Source: an uncultured Bacteroidales bacterium
GTDB taxonomy: Bacteria > Bacteroidota > Bacteroidia > Bacteroidales > JAIOZK01
Assembly: GCA_964611705.1 (NCBI GenBank)
Contig: CAZTAW010000003.1
Span: 1 to 35,658 of the forward strand
Reading direction: 5' to 3'
DNA: 35,658 nucleotides
In this document: in pieces, positions 16,813 through 26,423 of the stretch
Position numbering within the stretch: the first letter of the stretch is position 1
Layout of the letters: the number at the start of each line of letters is the position of its first letter
Translations under genes and position numbers: made by a program
Notes under the pieces: generated by a model
What the model was told of the DNA's origin: nothing
Database searches by the model: none
Seen by the model: only the letters and a program-made list of their open reading frames with translations

Positions 16813-18935
16813 AAAAAACAATAATCACAATACTCACTTTATTTGTTTCAGGCTGGGGATTTTCACAGGAGATCGTGACAGGGTTGACTGAAAATCCGGT
16901 CATCAAAAAAGCTTATCAGCAACGGCTGGAACAAAAAGAACACGAAAGATCAAGCGTAACCAAAGAATGGATACCTGTAACGCTGCCTTTCTTTGATGAT
17001 TTCAGCGATTATGTTGGCTACCCGGATACAGCTATATGGCTTGATGACGAGGCATACATCAACAGGGATTTTCCTTTCAGGCAAGCGAATCTGGGTTCCG
17101 CAACACTTGATGTGATTGATGCACAGGGAAACATATACTCCAACGCAAGCATCTATCCTTTTATCGCCGACAGGCTGACATCAAGACCCATACGCCTCGA
17201 CTCCGTTTTTTATCCAATACCTGAAGCCATTCGTCCTTCCGATTCGGTATATTTCAGCTTCTTTTACCAGCCCCAGGGAAGAGGGGAACCCTTGAATCCC
17301 AGCGATTCACTCATACTTGAATTCGGGCATTACGGGGAAGACTCCGTATTTACTTCGGTTGATAGTATCACCGTTCCGCTGAGTGCATACATAACACCCA
17401 ATGACACTGTATTTCCCGGCGATACACTTTTTTCTCCCTGCGACGATACCTGGGGGATGGCAATTTTCGACACTTTGTATTACGGGGATGAAGTCACCCT
17501 GCCCTGCGACTCGGTTTTCTTCCCAAACATAAAATGGACAGAGGTCTGGGGCACACCAGGTATGCCGCTTGATACTTTTTATAAAAATGACAGTGTGTAC
17601 CGCAAGCAGGTTATGATACCCATCACAGATAGTGCAAAATACCTGCGTGAAGATTTCTTTTTCCGTTTTTTCAACTATGGCAGTCTACCTTCCATCCCAA
17701 GCTGGAAAAGCAATTGCGATCAATGGAATATTGATTATGTTTACCTGAATATCGGACGCTCAATGGGTGATACGGTATACAGAACCATTGGCTTTGTTGA
17801 GCGCTCACCCTCCATGCTCAAAAATTTTGAAAGGATGCCCTACGATCAGTACCTGCATAATCCTACCAATGTATTGCGTGATACATTCAAGTTATATATT
17901 ACAAATCTTGATAACACTACTTTCAATACCATATATAAATATCGTCTGACCAACGATGAAGGCACATTTGAAAAATCATACGACGGAGGAAGCTGCAACC
18001 TGCTTCCGTTTTATGAAGAACAATACCAGAATTGCACCACATGTCCGCAACATGCCTGTCCACCCTGGAAGTTTCTTTTCCCTTTGAATTATAGCTCGGA
18101 ATTTGCAAAATTCAGGATTGATCACATTTTGCTTGGCGACATAACTTCTGCTGATACTTTGCATGATACGCTGACCTTTTACCAGGAGTTTTACAATTAT
18201 TTTGCATATGATGACGGCACGCCCGAAGCGGGATATGGTCTGGTACCTGCCGGTGCCCAACTGGCTTACCAGTTTAAGCTTAGCCGGCCGGATACCCTTC
18301 GGGGAATCAAGATGTTCTTTAACAAGGTGGTCAATAATGCCAATGATATGTATTTCGACCTTGCCGTTTGGGCAGATAATAATGGAATACCCGGCGAACT
18401 CATCTATATACAGGAAAATGAAAAACCCAGGTTTACCAATGATCTGTATAAAATGCATACTTACGAGCTGGACTCAGGCGTTCTGGTGAACAATATATTT
18501 TATATCGGCTGGATACAATCCGAAAACAAAAACCTGAATGTAGGTTTCGATAAATACAATGATGCACGGGAATACACTTTCTACAACTCAACAGGCAACT
18601 GGAACCAATCACTGATGAAAGGAGCCATTATGATGCGCCCGTTGCTTGGTAAGGAAATCATTATCGGAATGCATGAAAATAAAGTCCGGACACAATCCGT
18701 AAGCTTGTATCCCAATCCGGTTCATACCGGAAGCATTAATATTGACCTTGAGGGAATAAAGGTTCCCGAAAAAGCTTATATCCAAATATACAATATTTTC
18801 GGACAATTGGTATACGAATCGAAATACAGTGAAACACATAATATAAGCCATCTAAAAGATGGTGTATATATTTTCAGACTGATACAGCCGGAGAACAGGA
18901 AAGTTTATTCGGCCAAATTCATCGTTTCCGGATAA
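16809..18935 (+). CDS. T9SS type A sorting domain-containing protein, function unknown
   Basis: Signal peptide; LPFFDDFS, AYDDG..E..YG; C-terminal YPNP...IYN..GQ...L..G.Y....KF. Confidence 0.85.
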   Translation: MKKTIITILTLFVSGWGFSQEIVTGLTENPVIKKAYQQRLEQKEHERSSVTKEWIPVTLPFFDDFSDYVGYPDTAIWLDDEAYINRDFPFRQANLGSATLDVIDAQGNIYSNASIYPFIADRLTSRPIRLDSVFYPIPEAIRPSDSVYFSFFYQPQGRGEPLNPSDSLILEFGHYGEDSVFTSVDSITVPLSAYITPNDTVFPGDTLFSPCDDTWGMAIFDTLYYGDEVTLPCDSVFFPNIKWTEVWGTPGMPLDTFYKNDSVYRKQVMIPITDSAKYLREDFFFRFFNYGSLPSIPSWKSNCDQWNIDYVYLNIGRSMGDTVYRTIGFVERSPSMLKNFERMPYDQYLHNPTNVLRDTFKLYITNLDNTTFNTIYKYRLTNDEGTFEKSYDGGSCNLLPFYEEQYQNCTTCPQHACPPWKFLFPLNYSSEFAKFRIDHILLGDITSADTLHDTLTFYQEFYNYFAYDDGTPEAGYGLVPAGAQLAYQFKLSRPDTLRGIKMFFNKVVNNANDMYFDLAVWADNNGIPGELIYIQENEKPRFTNDLYKMHTYELDSGVLVNNIFYIGWIQSENKNLNVGFDKYNDAREYTFYNSTGNWNQSLMKGAIMMRPLLGKEIIIGMHENKVRTQSVSLYPNPVHTGSINIDLEGIKVPEKAYIQIYNIFGQLVYESKYSETHNISHLKDGVYIFRLIQPENRKVYSAKFIVSG

Positions 18936-18949
18936 ACACATTTGTATTC

Positions 18950-19984
18950 ATGAACTTGCAAACCGACAATCACGATGGAAGCAGTGAAATGTATGAACAT
19001 TACCGCTTTGTTGTTGACCCGGGTCAGATTCCATTGCGAATAGATAAATTTCTTTTTCATAAAATACCTAATGTCTCAAGAAACAAAATTCAAAATGCTG
19101 CAAAAGCCGGCAATATAATTGTGGGCAATGAAAATGTTAAACCAAGTTACAAGGTAAAACCTGAGGATGTGATATCTATTGTATTGGCACATCCGCCAAG
19201 AGATACAGAGATAATCCCGGAGAACATTCCTATTGAAGTTGTTTATGAAGACAAAGACCTGATGATCGTCAACAAGCAGGCCGGAATGGTGGTTCACCCG
19301 GGTTATGCAAATTACACAGGGACACTGGTTAATACCCTTGCATATTATCTGCAGAATATCTCAAAAACACCCAACGAAGAAGGTCTTGGATATTTGGCTC
19401 ATCGCATTGATAAAGATACTTCAGGGCTTGTTGTAGTCGCAAAAAATGAGCTCACCCAATCCGGGTTAGCCCATCAGTTTTTTTATCATACTATTGAACG
19501 AAGATACATTGCCCTTGTTTGGGGGGATTTCGAAGAAGGCGAAGGCAAGATCAGCAGGCATATCGGCAGGGATATGAAAGACCGCAGAATCATGAATATT
19601 TATGAGGATGGCTCATACGGAAAGGAAGCCGTAACGCATTATAAAATCATCAAACGTTTTGGCTATGTAACACTTATTGAATGCAGGCTGGAAACCGGAC
19701 GCACCCATCAGAACAGGGCGCATCTCAAATACATCAAACATCCATTATTTAATGATGAAGCATATGGAGGCAACAAAATCCTGAGAGGAACTACATTTAC
19801 AAAATACAGGCAGTTTATCAATAATTGTTTCAAGATCATCCCCCGGCAAGCGCTTCATGCAAAGTCGCTTGGATTTGTACATCCAATCACAAAAAAACAT
19901 ATGTTTTTCGATTCGGAACTCCCGGAAGATATGCAACATGTAATTGAAAAGTGGGAGAAGTATGTAGGTATGCAGGAGAATTAG
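18950..19984 (+). CDS. rluD: RluA-family 23S rRNA pseudouridine synthase with S4 domain (RluD-like)
   Basis: RIDKFL..SR..IQ (S4), VNK.AG.VVHP, HRIDKDTSG, LETGRTHQ.R, RQALHA. Confidence 0.9.
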   Translation: MNLQTDNHDGSSEMYEHYRFVVDPGQIPLRIDKFLFHKIPNVSRNKIQNAAKAGNIIVGNENVKPSYKVKPEDVISIVLAHPPRDTEIIPENIPIEVVYEDKDLMIVNKQAGMVVHPGYANYTGTLVNTLAYYLQNISKTPNEEGLGYLAHRIDKDTSGLVVVAKNELTQSGLAHQFFYHTIERRYIALVWGDFEEGEGKISRHIGRDMKDRRIMNIYEDGSYGKEAVTHYKIIKRFGYVTLIECRLETGRTHQNRAHLKYIKHPLFNDEAYGGNKILRGTTFTKYRQFINNCFKIIPRQALHAKSLGFVHPITKKHMFFDSELPEDMQHVIEKWEKYVGMQEN

Positions 19985-20099
19985 ACTATCATTAAAAAAA
20001 ATTCAAAATTCAGTTTTCAAATCACAAACACTAAAACAATGTCCGCCCTCTGGCAGATAAATCACAGTTTATAATAAATAAATGACCGAACCGAAAGCA

Positions 20100-21977
20100 C
20101 TACTCCTGATTCACCACCTTCATCATTTTGTGAACGGAAACGTCATTATTTTGAACAATTTCAAGAAAATACATACCTTGCCGGAGGTAAGAAATATTAA
20201 ATTTGAGACCTTCACCCGTGATATTATAATGTCCTTCTCCAACCAGGCCTCCCTGAAAATTAAAAATCCTTACTGCAATTTTTCCTGTTTCCGTATTCCC
20301 GAAAAACAACTCAACTTCATTGGAAACCGGATTTGGTCCGATCTTAGGCCGTACCCAGATCAAACCCGGTTTATCCAGTGTATCTGTTTTTTGGTCATTG
20401 GAAACAATTAGTCTGACACGGTACCTGCCAACACCATTGTACTTCACAACAGGATTTTGTTCCAGGGAATTTGAAGGCAATCCGCCATCAAAAACCCACT
20501 CCCATGTATCAGGCCCTCCTCTTGAAAGATCAGTAAAATCAACACTTTCACCCACAGCAACAGTATCGGAACTGGTCTTGAACAATGCAACCAGCACATC
20601 CGTATTAATTCCTATTCCGTCAAGAGATGTAACTCCGGTGTTTTCAGGATCAAGCCAGGGACGAAGCTGAAGCGAATCATAGCTTCCGTTTGATTCCCAT
20701 GAATAAGAAAACTTTCCATAATAATCCGGGCCGGTTAAATTCTGACAGGAAGCAGCGCCGCCTGTCAGTGCACCTATTATCAGCCTGTCATGATTAAAAA
20801 TGGGCGAACCGGATGAACCGCCTTCAGTAACCCCATGATTCGTTTCAGTTTCAGCCCATACTACTTTCCAGTATTTACCTTCAGGATCATAAGTTGTACC
20901 CTCATACTTTGTTGAAACCAATGGACTGGTAAAAGTTGATATTTTTTTTATATCCCCCTGTGGATGATGAATACCCACACCTTCCGGAGAAGCATTCACG
21001 CTTCGCGACCAACCATTGAAATATGGATTGTAACCTTCGGGTACATTTTCATTCAGCAACAACAACTTAAAATCGGATCCCTGCCCTCCGTTGTTTTTAC
21101 TTTTGGCAACAAGCTGCGACCCGACAATGCTTTGATACTGGGGCTCTATGAGCGGATCAGGGCAGGTAGAAGCCTGGTAATTGAAAATAAAGACCCATTG
21201 ATTGTATTCATTTAAAGTTGTAGTTTCTCCGCAATGGTTTGCCGTATAAAAATAGGGTGTATTATCCAGATTTGTATTATTAACAAGGCTTCCGGTGCAT
21301 AAATAAGTTCCTCCGCCTTGCTTTAACAGGATTTTAGCGATGCCGTTTTTTTCATGCCGCCAGTTATTACCTTCCGGGCAATTTACATTTACCTCACAGG
21401 GACCGGAATCCCCAAACCCTCTTTCATTAATGCTGTAAAAATATGCTACTTCGTTGATGAGAATTTCCGGCAATACATTTGTTTGCTCCGTAAATACATA
21501 CTCCAGTATAATTTTATCTCCGGGAACAGGAATTGTAGCAAAGGATCTTCCTTTTTTGTTTGTTTGGGAATTAAACGAACCAATATAGCTGCTTCTTTTG
21601 GCATTATAAATAAATAGCTGCCCTCCATCCGGTATCCTGAATTGAGAATAATAAAAACCCAATGCTTTTGCACCCGGAACTGATATTGAAAGTCTCAGCA
21701 GCTTAGTTCCCTTATTCGTAAACAGTGTTGTTGCTGTATTGGCAAGATCAATATCGGATGGTATGCTAACAGCCACCTGCAAAGGTTGAAAACCGGATTT
21801 TTGTATTTTTTCTCTTTCCGGAATATCTGGTTCGCTGAATGTTATTGTTTTGATGTTATCGAATGAATTTACTTTTTTGAATCCGGGCGGCACACCACCG
21901 TGATTTATTTGCGCATTTGCAGAAAATATACCGGCTAATAAGCTTGCTACGAAAATTGCTGTTTTTCTAATCATCAT
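20100..21977 (-). CDS. T9SS-secreted trypsin-like serine protease (lysyl endopeptidase-like) with one PKD domain
   Basis: Signal peptide from MMIRK (start 21977 or 21974, not 22040); propeptide; TANHC, SDF and TEGGSSGSP triad; IHHP.GDIKKIS; PKD (F.D.S......W.W.F.GG); T9SS CTD. Confidence 0.88.
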   Translation of the reverse strand: MMIRKTAIFVASLLAGIFSANAQINHGGVPPGFKKVNSFDNIKTITFSEPDIPEREKIQKSGFQPLQVAVSIPSDIDLANTATTLFTNKGTKLLRLSISVPGAKALGFYYSQFRIPDGGQLFIYNAKRSSYIGSFNSQTNKKGRSFATIPVPGDKIILEYVFTEQTNVLPEILINEVAYFYSINERGFGDSGPCEVNVNCPEGNNWRHEKNGIAKILLKQGGGTYLCTGSLVNNTNLDNTPYFYTANHCGETTTLNEYNQWVFIFNYQASTCPDPLIEPQYQSIVGSQLVAKSKNNGGQGSDFKLLLLNENVPEGYNPYFNGWSRSVNASPEGVGIHHPQGDIKKISTFTSPLVSTKYEGTTYDPEGKYWKVVWAETETNHGVTEGGSSGSPIFNHDRLIIGALTGGAASCQNLTGPDYYGKFSYSWESNGSYDSLQLRPWLDPENTGVTSLDGIGINTDVLVALFKTSSDTVAVGESVDFTDLSRGGPDTWEWVFDGGLPSNSLEQNPVVKYNGVGRYRVRLIVSNDQKTDTLDKPGLIWVRPKIGPNPVSNEVELFFGNTETGKIAVRIFNFQGGLVGEGHYNITGEGLKFNISYLRQGMYFLEIVQNNDVSVHKMMKVVNQE

Positions 21978-22023
21978 TAATAATCTTTCAGGAATAAAAG
22001 TATAAAAAAGTTGAGGAATAAAT

Positions 22024-22058
22024 AAAAAACCCGGCAGCAAATATCAAACCACCGGGTT
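22024..22058 (-). terminator. Intrinsic terminator between the two protease genes
   Basis: Minus strand AACCCGGTGGT-loop-GCTGCCGGGTT followed by TTTT. Confidence 0.7.
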
Positions 22059-22082
22059 AACACATTTTATTTTCCAAGTTAT

Positions 22083-24281
22083 TTATCTTACCAAAGATAT
22101 CCTTTCAACAACCTCAATATCATTGATATTGATTGAAATTAAATAAACACCTTCAGCCTGTTTGCTCAGGTCAATCAAACATTTGCCTTCATTATCAAGG
22201 TTGTTGTAATGTTGTATTTGTTCTCCGATGGCATTGTAAACAGTAATCTCTGCATTTTCAACTTCAATATTCGCTACTTCCAACGCAACTTTACCTTTCG
22301 AAGGATTGGGATAAAGTTTTATGTTTTGAGCAAGCTTGTTTTCGTCCAATCCTACCCAAACTACGCTGATATATGCTTCTTTATAGATTGAATCCATTCC
22401 TCCGGGGGCATAAGCTTTAAGGGTCACATCAAAAACACCTTTTTCAGGATAAACAATATCTTGCGGGTCCTGATCATTTGAGTTTTCGGGTTCACCTCCC
22501 TCAAAATACCATTCCCACCAGAAAGGATCGTTCGTTGTCAGGTCAGTGAAATCAATATCATTTCCGGGTTCGATCATGGTAGCATTGGCTTCAAAATCAG
22601 CCTCCGGGGCTTCGCCTTCATACCTTACATGGATATAATCCTCCATGATCAATTCATCATCGCCATCGGGATTACTTACCTGCAGGGTTACATCAAAATA
22701 TCCCGTATCAATATACATCACTTGCGGGTTTTGGATATGAGATGTATCAATATTAGCGCCTTCAAAAATCCATGTCCAGGATTGTGGTTTATTAGTTGTT
22801 GAATCAGTGAACTGAACTGCTTCTCCCGAAACCACCTCTGTTTCATCTGCGCCAAAATTAGCAACCGGAGGAATCGCCTCCAGTGGAATCCCATCGCAAA
22901 CCGTATCACCGGTGTTATTTGGATCGAGCCAGTCTTTCAACCTGAATTCCGCTGAATTACCGCATTTATCCCAGGAATAATAAATTTTCCCGTAAAAAGC
23001 CGGTCTTGGGGATTCGCATGAATTACCCTGGTAGGTACCTGTCAGGTCTCCCAGGATTCTTTTGTCCTGGTTAAAAACCGGTGAACCTGAAGAACCACCC
23101 TGAATGACAGATGTTCCATTTGCGGTTTCAATCCACCATAATCTCCAGTGTGTCTGTGCGCTGCTTCCACCAGGCCATGAGGAAGAAACCATATGGTCAT
23201 AGGTGGAGATTTTCTTGATATCACCATTCGGATGATGTATATTAACGCCGCTGTCGCCGGGTACATCCCTTCTGTCCCAGCCATTATAGAAAGGATTATA
23301 CGTTGAAGGCAACTGTGAATTTAAAAGAACAAGGAAAAAGTCAGACCCGTTTCCGGCAAATGTATGATCCCAGGCTTTTAGTGAAGCGCCTGTCATAGTT
23401 TGGTTTTGCGGCCCTGATGATCCGCTGCATGAACCCGACTGGTAATTAAAATAAAACACCCATTGATTCAGGTCGGATGTAGAAGCGCCTTCTCCACAAT
23501 GGGCCGCAGTAAGAAAATAGGGCTGTCTGTCCCAGTTTGTGTTATTGATCAATGATCCGGAGCAATATCCGTATAAGCTGCCAATTTTAAGTAATATTTT
23601 GGCAATTCCGTTTTCTTCTTCACGCCAGTTATCTCCTTCTTCGCATGCAATATTGATCATACACCACCAGGATGGATCGCGGCTGTCTCTTTCGGCAAAC
23701 TCAAATTTAACAAACCTATACATATATGCTAGCTCCGAAATATTTAGCTTGGGAATATTTTCAACAGAAGCCGGTTGATAATATTCCAGTGTTACCTTAT
23801 CACCTTGTATCAACTCTGTTGCAAACAATCCGGAAGAATGATTATTGGCACTGGTAAAAGCGCCAATTACTTGTTTCTGATCTGCATTGTATAAATACAG
23901 CTCCCCTCCTTCAGGAAGTTGAAAATCGTCATAATACAAACCAAGGCCAACTGCGCCGGGGCATTCCAGGCTGAGACGCCAGATTTTTCCGCCATCGGCC
24001 AGTTCTGTCCAGGTTCCCGAGTTATAAATTCCCTTGTTAACAATGATCGAAACACCTGCACGTGGAACTGCCGGATTATCCATTGCTGCAATGGCATCTT
24101 CCTGCCGGATTTTTTCCATGTCAGGAGCCTGCAGCATTATGGTTTGATAATCATCATTCAATGCTTTACCCAGCATACTGGGCGGGGTTCCCCCCTGGCT
24201 GATCTGTGAATAAGATTGGGCGCTGAATCCGAGAAAAGCAAACGCAATCAATAAGTAAACGTAAATTCTGTAATTTGTCAT
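22083..24281 (-). CDS. T9SS-secreted trypsin-like serine protease (lysyl endopeptidase-like) with two PKD domains
   Basis: Signal peptide from MTNYR (start 24281); TAAHC, SDF and QGGSSGSP triad; two PKD repeats; YPNP-type CTD; paralog of the downstream gene. Confidence 0.88.
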   Translation of the reverse strand: MTNYRIYVYLLIAFAFLGFSAQSYSQISQGGTPPSMLGKALNDDYQTIMLQAPDMEKIRQEDAIAAMDNPAVPRAGVSIIVNKGIYNSGTWTELADGGKIWRLSLECPGAVGLGLYYDDFQLPEGGELYLYNADQKQVIGAFTSANNHSSGLFATELIQGDKVTLEYYQPASVENIPKLNISELAYMYRFVKFEFAERDSRDPSWWCMINIACEEGDNWREEENGIAKILLKIGSLYGYCSGSLINNTNWDRQPYFLTAAHCGEGASTSDLNQWVFYFNYQSGSCSGSSGPQNQTMTGASLKAWDHTFAGNGSDFFLVLLNSQLPSTYNPFYNGWDRRDVPGDSGVNIHHPNGDIKKISTYDHMVSSSWPGGSSAQTHWRLWWIETANGTSVIQGGSSGSPVFNQDKRILGDLTGTYQGNSCESPRPAFYGKIYYSWDKCGNSAEFRLKDWLDPNNTGDTVCDGIPLEAIPPVANFGADETEVVSGEAVQFTDSTTNKPQSWTWIFEGANIDTSHIQNPQVMYIDTGYFDVTLQVSNPDGDDELIMEDYIHVRYEGEAPEADFEANATMIEPGNDIDFTDLTTNDPFWWEWYFEGGEPENSNDQDPQDIVYPEKGVFDVTLKAYAPGGMDSIYKEAYISVVWVGLDENKLAQNIKLYPNPSKGKVALEVANIEVENAEITVYNAIGEQIQHYNNLDNEGKCLIDLSKQAEGVYLISININDIEVVERISLVR

Positions 24282-24305
24282 GATAATGGGTTTTGTTTTA
24301 AGCCA

Positions 24306-24332
24306 CAAATATAATGATATTATGTACATTTG
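24306..24332. promoter_or_regulatory. Back-to-back divergent -7 elements (TATATTTG on -, TACATTTG on +)
   Basis: CAAATATA at 24306-24313 and TACATTTG at 24325-24332 in the 83-bp gap between the protease and MFS start codons. Confidence 0.65.
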
Positions 24333-24364
24333 GGGCGAATTCTGAAATCCCAATAAAATTTATC

Positions 24365-26422
24365 ATGGAGCAAATCAAAAGAACATTAAGAGATTCGGCC
24401 AAAGCCCGCTGGACTATGATGTTCATCATTAGCTTTTTAATGGCTGCCAATTATTATTTTTATGACGCGTTATCCCCCTTAAAAGAAATCCTTACCGAAC
24501 ACCTGAATTTTTCATCGGGTGATTACGGGATTGTAACCGGTTTTTATGCCTTCCCAAACACCTTTCTTTTAATGGCCATTATTGGCGGGATCATCCTCGA
24601 TAAGCTCGGCATACGACCAACTGGATTTATGTTTGCGGTTTTAATGCTGATCGGCGCTGCATTGACAGCCTACGGCGCTTCTAACTATTACAGTTCCGGC
24701 GGTATAGGTTATGAATTCATGGGTTCATTCTGGAAATCATACTCTCCTGAACTTAAAATGATGTCCCTGGGTATGCTCATCTTTGGTCTGGGAGCTGAAA
24801 CCAGTATTGTTGTTGCCAGTAAAGTACTCGTTAAATGGTTCAAGGGTTATGAGATTGCGCTTGCTTTTGCTCTCAACCTTGGAATAGCAAGAATAGGAAC
24901 AGCCCTGGCTTTCAATCTCTCACCCCGTTTAATATTCGGAGATAACTGGCAATTCCCGATCTGGTTTGCCGTAATGATATTACTGATCGGTTTTCTCGGC
25001 TTTCTTATTTATATAATGTATGATGTTAAACTTGACCGGCAGATGAAAAGCAATATCAAGCTTATGGATAAAGAAGATGAATTCCATATTGCAGATATTG
25101 GCAGACTTCTCACAAATAAATCTTTCCTTTTTATTACTGCACTTTGTGTTACTTTTTATGCAGGTGTATTTCCTTTTCTCAAATTTGCGCCTGATCTTTT
25201 TTATAATAAATACGGATTTTCTTTGCAGGCCAGCGGAGATATTGCCTCCCTCCTGCCATACGGAACAGTGTTGTTTACACCGATTTTCGGATGGGTAGTT
25301 GATAAATGGGGGAAAAGTGCTACCCTAATGATCTATGGTTCCCTGTTATTGCTAATTGTCCATTTGCTATTCGGGTTAACACGATTTGATGTATATCTGT
25401 TGATGGTATTGCTGGGTATCGCCGTGTCACTTGTACCGGCAGCCATGTGGCCGTCGGTTGCCAAGATCGTTCCTACTTCACGGATCGGAAGCGCTTACGG
25501 TACGATGTTCTCTCTTCAAAATTTAGGGCTGTTTGCTGTGCCAATACTTGCCGGCGTGATCCTGGATTCAACCAATAAATATTCTGACACCTACTTAAAA
25601 CCCACACAGGTAAAAGAAGTGTTTGCAGAAAATTATGAACTGCAATCATCCTATTATAATAATGATAAGGAACCTATCACGGATAAAGACCTGCGGGCAA
25701 CAGTATACATCCTTACAATCCCTGACAAAATTGAGTGGCAGGATAAAGAAGAAAATATAATTGCCGACACCATTCAGAAATACAGTAAAACTGTATGGTC
25801 GGAATACGACAGCACCCAAACCAACAACAAGGGCAAGTTTGATATTTTCTTCGGAAAGGGAAATCTGCTTAAACTTAATATGCAATACATGAACATCCCG
25901 TCAGGCAAATACCTGATGAATATTTCCACGGAAGAAGAGGAAAACGAACCGGCAGTCACGATTTATAAGGGGCTACTTATTTTCGACAGGGATAGCCTGG
26001 ACAGGATACCATTGGAACATAATCTTTCTGATGAATTATTAAATAAAATTGATGAAACAGGGTTTGACATCAACATTGTTGTAAGAGATACTGCAAACAA
26101 TGCAAACATAACAGTTCTTAAAGAATCACATGAGGTGAAAATTAAGAACAATAAAATAGATTTCAAGCTTGGGAAAGGAAATATTGCTTTTGCCAACATC
26201 AATTATCTTAACTCCAGCAAACCCAACGAGGTTTATTTCATAAAAGTAAGAACACCCCTGGATTATACATACACTTGCCTGTTGTTCGCTTTATTTGGCA
26301 TCATCGGCTTCTTCTTTGCCCTGCTGTTAAAGCATAACGACAGAACATCAGGCTACGGACTTGAATTACCATCCAATGCCACGGAGGAGGAAATACAGGA
26401 AAAACTTAAAAAGAAGGAGTAA
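24365..26422 (+). CDS. MFS transporter (MFSD1-like) with a large soluble insert before the last TM helix
   Basis: YFYD, GGIILDKLGIR, FGLGAE, KWFKG.E, FYAGVFPF, MWPSV, AYG.MFS.QNLG; ~225-aa hydrophilic insert; start at MEQIK. Confidence 0.88.
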   Translation: MEQIKRTLRDSAKARWTMMFIISFLMAANYYFYDALSPLKEILTEHLNFSSGDYGIVTGFYAFPNTFLLMAIIGGIILDKLGIRPTGFMFAVLMLIGAALTAYGASNYYSSGGIGYEFMGSFWKSYSPELKMMSLGMLIFGLGAETSIVVASKVLVKWFKGYEIALAFALNLGIARIGTALAFNLSPRLIFGDNWQFPIWFAVMILLIGFLGFLIYIMYDVKLDRQMKSNIKLMDKEDEFHIADIGRLLTNKSFLFITALCVTFYAGVFPFLKFAPDLFYNKYGFSLQASGDIASLLPYGTVLFTPIFGWVVDKWGKSATLMIYGSLLLLIVHLLFGLTRFDVYLLMVLLGIAVSLVPAAMWPSVAKIVPTSRIGSAYGTMFSLQNLGLFAVPILAGVILDSTNKYSDTYLKPTQVKEVFAENYELQSSYYNNDKEPITDKDLRATVYILTIPDKIEWQDKEENIIADTIQKYSKTVWSEYDSTQTNNKGKFDIFFGKGNLLKLNMQYMNIPSGKYLMNISTEEEENEPAVTIYKGLLIFDRDSLDRIPLEHNLSDELLNKIDETGFDINIVVRDTANNANITVLKESHEVKIKNNKIDFKLGKGNIAFANINYLNSSKPNEVYFIKVRTPLDYTYTCLLFALFGIIGFFFALLLKHNDRTSGYGLELPSNATEEEIQEKLKKKE

Positions 26423-26423
26423 A

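Noticed and set aside
17976-18458. 160-aa antisense ORF and the other 60-140 aa ORFs nested in long genes
   Set aside because: No recognisable motifs and fully overlapped by well-supported genes.
24303-24331. dif-like sequence (ATAA-TGATA-TTATGT)
   Set aside because: The central region is 5 bp rather than 6 and the XerD arm is poor; better explained by two divergent -7 elements.
24282-24364. Apparent head-to-head overlap of the protease (to 24353) and MFS (from 24314) ORFs, and similar overlaps at 26361 and 28363
   Set aside because: Artefacts of longest-ORF start choice; signal peptides and paralog alignment support starts at 24281, 24365, 26424 and 28432.
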